Source: an uncultured Dehalococcoidia bacterium (GTDB lineage Bacteria > Chloroflexota > Dehalococcoidia > Lucifugimonadales > Australimonadaceae). From it: a DNA stretch of 38,608 nt. Positions 17,744-25,257 of this stretch are shown here, piece by piece; position 1 is the first letter of the stretch; the number at the start of each line of letters is the position of its first letter. The stretch lies in the NCBI GenBank assembly GCA_964596665.1, contig CAZQVD010000001.1:1-38608 (forward strand), given 5' to 3'. Under the pieces are notes generated by a model, which saw nothing but the letters and a program-made list of their open reading frames with translations, was not told where the DNA came from and made no database searches. The position numbers and the translations under genes are program-made.

Positions 17744-18667
17744 TCACGCGCCGGTCTTGCCTATCTCTCTCAGCCGCTCGAAGAGGTCTCGTTCCTCCGA
17801 GCCGATCGCCTCCGGCAGGACCACGCGCACGGTGGCCAGCAGATCTCCGTGGGATGCCGCCCCGCTCTTCTTGCGGGGCATCCCTTTGCCTTTAAGCCGG
17901 AACACCTTGCCGTTCTGCGTTTCCGCGGGCACCTTAAGCGCCACACGCTTGCCTTCGATCGTCTCGACCTCCACCTCGCCACCGAGCATCGCGTCCACGA
18001 GTGGAACTGGAACCGCAAGGAGGAGGTCGTCACCCTTGCGCTCGAAGAGCCGGTGCGGCGCCACCGTGATCGTGAGATACAGATCGACGCCGAGGCCGCC
18101 TTTGGCCTGCGCTCCCCCATGTACCTTGGAGCCGGACTGTACTCCGGCCGGAATCTTCACCTCCAGCCGTTTCCCCTTCTCTCCGGTGAGCAGCTGTGGC
18201 GGTGTTTGCACCATGCGGGCCGCGCCCGCGAAGGCCTCCTCAAGGGTGATCGTCACCGCAACGTCGGCGCGCTGGGGGCCGAGGTTCTCCTCGAACGTCG
18301 TCCGCCGCTCGGAGCCGAAGATGTCGCCGAATATGTCGCTCATCGAGCCGAAGCCTCCATCACCGCTCCGTCTACCACGCCGCGCTCTGGTGAACCAGGA
18401 GTAAGGGGAATCTCCACCCCCTCCACCAGACCGCATGTGGTCGGCATTCCGCCAGTTGGCTCCGAATTGGTCGTATTTCTTACGGCTCTCTCCGTCGGAG
18501 ATCACCTGATACGCTTCGTTCAGCTCCTTGAAGCGAGTTTCGGCATCCTTGTCACCCTGGTTCACGTCCGGGTGGTACTTGCGGGCCAGCCGGCGGTACG
18601 CCGAGCGAACCTCCTTCCCGGAGGCCCCGCGCTCGACGCCCAGGATGTCGTAGTAGCTCTTCGCCAT
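17744..18667 (-). CDS. cbpA: J-domain co-chaperone without Zn finger (CbpA/type II DnaJ-like)
   Basis: 307 aa. J domain YYDILGV...KYHPD, a G/F-rich linker and C-terminal substrate-binding domains. No Cys residues, so no CxxCxGxG zinc centre. Confidence 0.88.
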   Translation of the reverse strand: MAKSYYDILGVERGASGKEVRSAYRRLARKYHPDVNQGDKDAETRFKELNEAYQVISDGESRKKYDQFGANWRNADHMRSGGGGGDSPYSWFTRARRGRRSGDGGFGSMSDIFGDIFGSERRTTFEENLGPQRADVAVTITLEEAFAGAARMVQTPPQLLTGEKGKRLEVKIPAGVQSGSKVHGGAQAKGGLGVDLYLTITVAPHRLFERKGDDLLLAVPVPLVDAMLGGEVEVETIEGKRVALKVPAETQNGKVFRLKGKGMPRKKSGAASHGDLLATVRVVLPEAIGSEERDLFERLREIGKTGA

Positions 18668-18739
18668 CGTTCTCTCTTGCCGTGGGCCTTCTGCAACCGA
18701 GGCTACGGCCCCGACACCCGGTCAAAGGTACCGCGTGGA

Positions 18740-18758
18740 TTGAGCGGTGCGCGCTCAA
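18740..18758. promoter_or_regulatory. HAIR-like operator (HspR-associated inverted repeat)
   Basis: TTGAGC (18740-18745), a 7-nt spacer, then GCTCAA (18753-18758), located 73 nt upstream of the cbpA ATG. The HAIR consensus is CTTGAGT-N7-ACTCAAG. Confidence 0.6.
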
Positions 18759-18933
18759 CCATGGTGAGTTCGCTCGGGTATCCGAGCCACATGTCTAACA
18801 ATACATATCTTAACGTACTTTAGTGTCACACTATCAATCCCGTCGGGCCGGTGCCTAGGATCCGGCCTGCGTGCAGGTCGCTAATCGAAACGCCGGAACC
18901 GCACCACGAAGCCGTGGAGCACCTTCGGTAGCA

Positions 18934-18963
18934 TTGACCGGTCGCCCCGCTGCGGGATATGAT
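18934..18963 (+). promoter_or_regulatory. Promoter of the ThrC-like/NIL/MoaD cassette
   Basis: TTGACC (18934-18939), an 18-nt spacer, then TATGAT (18958-18963). This would leave a leader of about 100 nt before ATG 19074. Confidence 0.5.
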
Positions 18964-19073
18964 GGCGGTTCGAGGTGGGCCGCCCGGACACGTCTTGTGG
19001 ACCGGGGGCCGGTGCAGCGCGGAGTAGGCGAACCGCCGCGCGCACGCCGGGTTGTTGGAACAAGGGGGTTGCC

Positions 19074-20303
19074 ATGTCTTACGTTTCCTCGATGCGATGC
19101 AAGGAATGCTCACGGGAATATCCGGTGGGCGCGTTCAATGTGTGCGATTTTTGCTTCGGTCCATTGGAGGTCGTCTACGACTACAATGCCATCGCGGAGG
19201 TCACCTCGCGAGAGCGCATCATGAGCGGCCCGCACTCGCTGTGGCGCTACGCGGACTTCCTTCCGGCCGACTACAACCCGGATGTGGACATCAACGCGGG
19301 CTTCACGCCGCTGATCCGATCCAAGGGTCTCGCGGAGCATCTGGGGTTGAACGAGCTCTGGATCAAGAACGACAGTGTGAATCCGTCCTACTCATTCAAG
19401 GACCGCGTCGTCGCGGTCGCGGCGGCCAAGGCGCTCGAGCTGGGTTTCGACACGATCGCATGCGCGTCGACGGGGAATCTGGCGTGTGCGGTCGCGGCCC
19501 ACGCCGCGCGGGGCGGGCTGAAGGCGTACGTGTTCATCCCGTCGGACCTAGAAGCGGGTAAGGTGCTGGGAGCTGCGATCTACGGCCCGACGATGATCGC
19601 GATTGACGGCACCTACGACGACGTGAATCGGCTCTGCAGCGAGCTCGCGGAGGAACACCCGTGGGCGTTCGTGAACATCAACGTCCGCCCCTTCTACGCC
19701 GACGGCAGCAAGACACTCGGCTTCGAGGTGGCGGAGCAACTTGGCTGGCGCGCCCCGATGCATGCAGTGGTGCCGTCGGCATCGGGTGCCATGTTCACGA
19801 AGATCTACCAAGGGCTGAAGGAGTTCGAGAGGACCGGGTTGATCGACTCCGTGCAAACCAAGATGCACAGTACGCAGCCGCGTGGCTGCTGCCCTATCGC
19901 GACGGCTTACGAAGAGGGTCGATTCGTGATCCGGCCGATCAAGGCGAGCAGCCTGGCGACGTCGCTTGCAATCGGGAATCCGGCAGACGGCTATTATGCC
20001 CTGAAGACCATCGAGGCCTCGGGCGGCTCCGCCGTCATCGCCGAGGAGCATGAGGTGGCGCAGGGCGTGAAGCTGCTGGCTGAGACGGAGGGCATCTTCA
20101 CCGAGGGCGCGGGCGGCGTGGCGGTCATGGGCCTGAAGCACCTCGTGGAGCTGGGCCGCATCCAACCCGACGAATCGACCGTGGTCTACATTACCGGCAA
20201 CGGGCTGAAGACCACCGAACTGGTGGCAGATGTGGTGCACCCTCTGCACATCGAGCCCACGGTGGAAGCGTTCGAGCAGGCGATAGCAGCGAGCACCGGC
20301 TGA
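19074..20303 (+). CDS. thrC: Threonine synthase-family PLP enzyme with N-terminal Zn-ribbon
   Basis: The track ORF starts at 18975. I prefer ATG 19074 (AAGGGGG upstream), giving MSYVSSMRCKECSREYPVGAFNVCDFC. That N-terminus has a CxxC...CxxC ribbon. The PLP-lysine motif is NPSYSFKDR. It may not be a true ThrC (see findings). Confidence 0.85.
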   Translation: MSYVSSMRCKECSREYPVGAFNVCDFCFGPLEVVYDYNAIAEVTSRERIMSGPHSLWRYADFLPADYNPDVDINAGFTPLIRSKGLAEHLGLNELWIKNDSVNPSYSFKDRVVAVAAAKALELGFDTIACASTGNLACAVAAHAARGGLKAYVFIPSDLEAGKVLGAAIYGPTMIAIDGTYDDVNRLCSELAEEHPWAFVNINVRPFYADGSKTLGFEVAEQLGWRAPMHAVVPSASGAMFTKIYQGLKEFERTGLIDSVQTKMHSTQPRGCCPIATAYEEGRFVIRPIKASSLATSLAIGNPADGYYALKTIEASGGSAVIAEEHEVAQGVKLLAETEGIFTEGAGGVAVMGLKHLVELGRIQPDESTVVYITGNGLKTTELVADVVHPLHIEPTVEAFEQAIAASTG

Positions 20304-20324
20304 ACGGAAGACGGAGGTCGAGCG

Positions 20325-20561
20325 ATGCAGCGCGTTCGGTTCACGTTCTTGGACCGGCTCATCAAAGAACCGGTGATCTACCAAATGGGGCACGACTTCG
20401 GCGTGGTGACGAATATCCGGCGAGCCGACATCCAAGAGGGCATCGGTTGGGTGCTGCTCGAGCTGGAGGGTGAGGACGACGAGATCGAGCGCGCGCTCAA
20501 GTGGGTTCGCTCGTTAGGAGTCCGCGTTGACCCGGCGGTCAGCGACGTAGTAGAAGGCTAG
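20325..20561 (+). CDS. Stand-alone NIL-domain protein
   Basis: 78 aa. FLDRLIKEPVIYQMGHDFGVVTNIRRADIQEGIGWVLLELEG resembles the NIL domain found at the C-terminus of MetN-type ABC ATPases. GGAGG upstream of the start. Confidence 0.7.
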   Translation: MQRVRFTFLDRLIKEPVIYQMGHDFGVVTNIRRADIQEGIGWVLLELEGEDDEIERALKWVRSLGVRVDPAVSDVVEG

Positions 20562-20594
20562 GTAAGCTAGTCCTGCCATATCAGGGAGCGAAAC

Positions 20595-20870
20595 ATGAGC
20601 GTCACGGTACGCATACCCGGTCCGCTGCGGCGGATCACCAACGGCGAGAACAAAGTGGAGGTCGAGGGAGAGAACCTCGGCGGACTGATTAGCGCCCTCG
20701 AGGACCAGTACCCCGGGATGAGGGAGCGCCTGCTGGACGAGGAGGGCAAGCTCCGCTACTTCGTCAACCTCTACCTGAACAACGAGGACGTGCGGTTCCT
20801 CGAGGGTCTCGAGACCGCGCTCAAGGCAGGCGACGAAGTCAGCATCGTTCCTGCGGTCGCTGGGGGCTAG
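20595..20870 (+). CDS. MoaD/ThiS-family sulfur-carrier protein, C-terminal GG
   Basis: 91 aa. The sequence suggests a beta-grasp-type fold and ends in ...[19 protein letters not shown] upstream of the start. Confidence 0.85.
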   Translation: MSVTVRIPGPLRRITNGENKVEVEGENLGGLISALEDQYPGMRERLLDEEGKLRYFVNLYLNNEDVRFLEGLETALKAGDEVSIVPAVAGG

Positions 20871-20881
20871 CCCCCACTCCC

Positions 20882-21589
20882 TTGCAACAGATTCCGGACG
20901 ACGACGAGCTCGAGGGACTCGAAGAGTTCCATGAGCGCCAATTGGATGAGTTCGAAGAGCTCAACGCGTCCACGGCCTCGGCCACATTCCTCGACCAGCG
21001 CTGGTGGAAGTGGGCGGGCCTTGCAATAGCCGGCCTGATCCTGCTCACGTTCATGCTGCCGCTGCTCTCGCCTTTCTTTGACCGCAGTCCCGCCCCCAGC
21101 GCAGCCGAGCCGGACATCGTCACGCTGCCCGACTTCGTGCTGCCGACCGCCTACGGAACGAACCTTCGCCTCTCCGACGAGCTGCGCTCGAACGACGTGG
21201 TCGTGCTCGTGTTCTACCGAGGTTTCTTCTGAGGGATCTGCCGCGATCAGCTCGTCGAGCTACAAGACGCCTACGCAAGCATCAGGGCCGAGGATGCCCA
21301 GCTCATCGCCATCAGCATCGATGACGTCGATGACGCCCGCCGGATGGCGGAGCACGCGAGGGCCAGCTTCCCGATCCTCGCCGACGAGGGCCACGCCGTC
21401 ACCAGCTCTTACGGCTTGTACGACCTACTCGGCGATGGAGTGTCGGTCCCGGCTGCATTGTTCCTGAACAGCGATAGCGAGCTGCTGGGAGCCTACGTGG
21501 GAGAATCGATCGGCGACCGCTTGCCGACAGACGCAATCATCGACTTGCTGCGCCGCGCCAACGGCACGGCGGCGGGCACCGACAGCTAG
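20882..21589 (+). CDS. Membrane-anchored AhpC/TSA-redoxin family protein with in-frame TGA (candidate selenocysteine, UxxC) at 21230-21232
   Basis: Track ORFs 20882..21232 and 21344..21589 share a frame. The intervening 111 nt are stop-free and encode conserved redoxin sequence. The motif reads VLVFYRGFF-TGA-GIC. The start codon is uncertain (TTG 20882). Confidence 0.65.
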
Positions 21590-21593
21590 ACGC

Positions 21594-23258
21594 CTACTCG
21601 GCCAGCTCCGCGATCACCTGCGCGACCAAATCTGGCGGCACGCGCCGATGAAGGCTCGCACGCCCAATCGCCTCGAGAAACACCCACGATACGTCTCCCG
21701 CGACCGATTTCTTGTCGCGGGTCATCGCTTCGAGGATCGCATCGCGGCCGACGCCGGCATACGACGTGGGCAGGCCGAAGCGGCGCAGCAGGGCAGCTTG
21801 TCGCTCCACGAGCTCGGCCGGCGTAACGCCATGGGCCATGCCGAGCCGCGCCGCGCCGACCATGCCGACGGCCACGGCCTCGCCATGCAGGTAGCCCTCG
21901 TACCCCGCCGCAGTCTCCAGGCCGTGCCCGATGGTGTGCCCGTAGTTGAGCAGCGAGCGAGCGCCACTGGTTTCCCGCTCGTCCTCCGTGACGATGCGTG
22001 CCTTCACGGCGGCGTTGCGCGCAACGATCTCAGTAGTCAGCTCGGGGTCGATGGCCAGCAGCGCCTCGGCCTTCGACTCGTAGACGTCGACCAGCCCCGC
22101 TTCGAGCGCCAGGCCATGCTTCAGCGCCTCGGCCCACCCTTCGCGCAGGGCGCGGCCCGGGAGCGTGCGCAATGCGGAGACATCCGTCAACACGAATGCC
22201 GGATGGTAGAAGGCACCAACCAGATTCTTCGCGACGGGCAGGTCGACCGCCGTCTTGCCCCCGATGCTCGAATCCACCATAGCAGTGAGCGACGTGGGCA
22301 CGTGCACGAGCCGGATGCCACGCAGATACGTCGCAGCGACGAAGCCTGCCAGGTCGCCGACGACACCACCCCCGACGGCCACGATGGCATCGCGGCGCTC
22401 GACGCGCTGCTCGGCCAGCCAGTCGTAGAGCGCAGCCGCGCTGGCAAGCGTCTTGCTGGCCTCACCGGGCGGCACGGTGAACACGCCCATCTCGATGCCT
22501 GCGCGATGGAGGGAACGCTGTGCCGAGCGTCCGTAGTTGTTCAGCACGTTGCTGTCGGAGACGATGAAGGCGCGTCCCGAGAAGCCGGTGTCCGAGAGGC
22601 GCTGGCCCAATTCGGCTTCGAGCACGTCCCAGCCGACGTAGATCGGGTAGGCTCCTGAATCGGCGATGACGGTGGCAGCGTGGAGCGGGTCGCCATGCCA
22701 CGTATGCGGTGCGCCGATGCGGCGCCATGCGCGGATCACCTCGTGCGCCGCCTGCTCCACGGTGAGGCCGTCGGTGACTACCGGTAGGTGGGCAAGCGCG
22801 TAGGCCCACTGCCGCTCCCGCTTCAGCGATTCGACGACCTCCAGCGGGTCGCGGCCCTCCGCGCTCAGCATCGGACGGACCATGGACTCGGCAGACTCTC
22901 CCTGCGGCACCGAGGACAGGCGAGCGTAGATCGTCTCCGGGCGCGCGTCGAGGGTTACGACCAGACCCGCGTCCAGCATCTGCGAGCGACAGGTATCCTG
23001 CACTATGGTTCCGCCTCCCATGGATGCGACGCTGCGCTCCCGAGCCGCAAGCTCCGTCACCACCGCGCGTTCGACCGCCCTGAAGCCATCCTCGCCATCC
23101 TCGGCGAAGATGCGCTCGACCGGCTTGCCGGCGCGCTCGACGATCAGCTCGTCGGCGTCCACGAAGTCCCAGCCGAGCAGGCGCGCGACGCGGCGGCCAA
23201 CGGCGCTCTTGCCGGTGCCGGAGAAGCCAACGAGGAATATGCGCTCGCGGTCGGTCAT
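21594..23258 (-). CDS. aroKB: Bifunctional shikimate kinase / 3-dehydroquinate synthase (AroK-AroB fusion)
   Basis: 554 aa. The N-terminal part is AroK-like (IFLVGFSGTGKSAVGR P-loop). The C-terminal part is AroB-like (GGGVVGDLAGF, NYGHTIGHGLE). Confidence 0.92.
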   Translation of the reverse strand: MTDRERIFLVGFSGTGKSAVGRRVARLLGWDFVDADELIVERAGKPVERIFAEDGEDGFRAVERAVVTELAARERSVASMGGGTIVQDTCRSQMLDAGLVVTLDARPETIYARLSSVPQGESAESMVRPMLSAEGRDPLEVVESLKRERQWAYALAHLPVVTDGLTVEQAAHEVIRAWRRIGAPHTWHGDPLHAATVIADSGAYPIYVGWDVLEAELGQRLSDTGFSGRAFIVSDSNVLNNYGRSAQRSLHRAGIEMGVFTVPPGEASKTLASAAALYDWLAEQRVERRDAIVAVGGGVVGDLAGFVAATYLRGIRLVHVPTSLTAMVDSSIGGKTAVDLPVAKNLVGAFYHPAFVLTDVSALRTLPGRALREGWAEALKHGLALEAGLVDVYESKAEALLAIDPELTTEIVARNAAVKARIVTEDERETSGARSLLNYGHTIGHGLETAAGYEGYLHGEAVAVGMVGAARLGMAHGVTPAELVERQAALLRRFGLPTSYAGVGRDAILEAMTRDKKSVAGDVSWVFLEAIGRASLHRRVPPDLVAQVIAELAE

Positions 23259-23280
23259 GGGAAAGACGCCAGCCGGTGGC

Positions 23281-23922
23281 TCATGGCCGCGGTGGCCGGG
23301 TCCGTACTGTGCCGTCCCACTCGTCCAGAGGCGCGCAGTGCCAGTACCAGTTGTCTCCCACCGGAGGTCGGTCCGGCAGGGCCAGGCGGCCGGTCGCCCA
23401 CCGCAACGCCTCCCAGGGCTGGCGTATGTCGGCCACCCACGGGAAGAGACGGGCCAGTATCCGCGCGCTCAGCTCGTCTGGAGGATGGAACGCGAGTCCG
23501 AGGCCACCGGCGATGTCGGAGGTATGGAGCAGCAGCTCGGTGCAGGCCATGGCGGAATAGCCCGAGACGTCGGCCATCCCGGCCGGATGGAACGTTCGCG
23601 CATCCGGCGGCACGCTCCGCAGGATGGCGGCGACGATGTGCGCCATGGTGCCCACGACCGATATCAGATCGTCAACGGATTTCTTGGCGTCGCCGGCACG
23701 CACCGACGGGGAACGGGTCTGCGCTCGGCTCGCAAGCTGGCCCGCGTAGAAAGCGAGCCCATCGGCCATGTGGTCCAACGTGCGGCGGCAGTCCCAGTCC
23801 AAGCCCTGGGCGGGTTCGGACCAATCGAACTCGGCGGCGCCGGCCAGCGCTGCGCGCGCGAGCGCTCCTGCCTCGGCGACGTCATCCGGTCCAAGCGGCC
23901 GGGACTCGATCTGACTCGCCAT
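23281..23922 (-). CDS. DinB-like / maleylpyruvate-isomerase N-terminal domain family protein
   Basis: 213 aa. The His-containing helical pattern (TLDHMADGLAFYA..., ELLLHTSD) resembles the DinB/MDMPI_N superfamily. The assignment rests on family resemblance only. Confidence 0.6.
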   Translation of the reverse strand: MASQIESRPLGPDDVAEAGALARAALAGAAEFDWSEPAQGLDWDCRRTLDHMADGLAFYAGQLASRAQTRSPSVRAGDAKKSVDDLISVVGTMAHIVAAILRSVPPDARTFHPAGMADVSGYSAMACTELLLHTSDIAGGLGLAFHPPDELSARILARLFPWVADIRQPWEALRWATGRLALPDRPPVGDNWYWHCAPLDEWDGTVRTRPPRP

Positions 23923-23924
23923 GC

Positions 23925-25154
23925 CTAGCCCTCCGCGCCCGCGCCCACCGACTTCGGTCCGAGGCTCGCGACGTAGGACGCATGGTTGCGCTTCGTTTCG
24001 TCGATGTAGTCTCCGCCGAACTTCTCGAGGAACGCCTCGGCCAGCGTGATCAGCGTCATCGCCTCGGCGATGACGCCGCAGGTGGGCACGAAGGTGATGT
24101 CGCTGCGCTCATAGTGAGCCTGCTCCAGCTCCCCGGTCGTTAGGTCGACCGATGGCAGCGGATTGATGATGGTCGCGATGGGTTTCACGACGGCGCGCAC
24201 CACCAAGGGCTCACCCGTGGTCATGCCGCCCTCGAGCCCGCCGGCGTTGTTGGTCCGGCGTGGCCAGGGCTGCACCCACGTGCCGTCCGCCGCCTGCTCC
24301 CATTCGCCGATGGGCTTGATGACGTCGTGGACCTTGGATCCGCGAAGGTCGGCCAGGTCGAACCCCACGCCGAACTCGACGCCTTTCACCGCGTTGACGC
24401 TGCTCACGGCCGCAGCCAGCTTCGTACTGAGCTTGCGATCCCACTGGGTGTGCGACCCGAGGCCGATGGGCAATCCGGTGGCCACCACCTCAATCAGCCC
24501 GCCCAAGCTGTCGCCGTCCTGGCGCGCCTGGTCGATGGCCTGCTTCATCGCCTCGGTCGCCCGGGCGTCCGCGCTGCGCACCTCAGATGCCTCCACCGCG
24601 TCCCAGTCTATGACCTCTGGCGGGTGCGCCTGAACGCCGCCTATGTTCAGGACGTGGCTGTGCACCGCGACGCCGAACTCGGCGAGGAACGCACGGCAGA
24701 CGGCGCCCGCGGCCACGCGCGCCGTGCTCTCGCGTGCGCTGGAGCGCTCGAGGATGTCCCGAGCGTCGTCGGTCTGATACTTATTGATGCCTGGGGTGTC
24801 CGCGTGACCGGGCCGGAGGCGGTGAATCGGCGAGACCTCTCCCTCGACCGCCTCTTTGCTCATGGTATGCGTCCACGGCTGGCCATCCGGGCCGTTACCA
24901 GTGGTGTGGTCGCGGTTCTCGATCAGCATGGCGATGGGCGCTCCGCCCATGGTTTGGCCGTGCCGCACGCCAGTCTGGATGACAGCGTAGTCGGTCTCAA
25001 TCTGCATGCGTCCGCCACGGCCGTACCCTGCTTGCCGGCGCGCCAAGTCCTGACGGATGTAGGCCTCGGTGATGGGTATACCGGCGGGCAACCCCTCGAT
25101 GTAAGCGACGAGTCCGGGGCCGTGAGACTCGCCTGCGGTAACGAACCGGAACAT
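23925..25154 (-). CDS. aroC: Chorismate synthase
   Basis: 409 aa. MFRFVTAGESHGPGL..., GRSSARETA-type motif (SSARESTARV). Confidence 0.96.
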   Translation of the reverse strand: MFRFVTAGESHGPGLVAYIEGLPAGIPITEAYIRQDLARRQAGYGRGGRMQIETDYAVIQTGVRHGQTMGGAPIAMLIENRDHTTGNGPDGQPWTHTMSKEAVEGEVSPIHRLRPGHADTPGINKYQTDDARDILERSSARESTARVAAGAVCRAFLAEFGVAVHSHVLNIGGVQAHPPEVIDWDAVEASEVRSADARATEAMKQAIDQARQDGDSLGGLIEVVATGLPIGLGSHTQWDRKLSTKLAAAVSSVNAVKGVEFGVGFDLADLRGSKVHDVIKPIGEWEQAADGTWVQPWPRRTNNAGGLEGGMTTGEPLVVRAVVKPIATIINPLPSVDLTTGELEQAHYERSDITFVPTCGVIAEAMTLITLAEAFLEKFGGDYIDETKRNHASYVASLGPKSVGAGAEG

Positions 25155-25257
25155 CTTTGGGCTCTCCTCCCGGCCGCGATGCGGCCATGACCAATCTTAC
25201 CATCTGCTCCCATCCCCTCAGGTTCTGTTCCACACGCATACGGGCTATACTTGCCGC

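Noticed and set aside
18964-19073. SAM riboswitch in the ThrC-like leader.
   Set aside because: I could not align it to the SAM-I or SAM-IV core consensus from memory. It is reported only as an unclassified structured leader.
21230-21232. TGA reassigned genome-wide (genetic code 4 or 25).
   Set aside because: Several confident genes in the window terminate at TGA (13957-13959, 20301-20303, 26590-26592).
21344-21589. Independent 81-aa gene, and 20882..21232 as an independent 116-aa gene.
   Set aside because: Neither fragment would be a complete redoxin fold. The conserved ISIDD core lies in the gap between them and in the same frame. I merged them into one TGA-containing gene.
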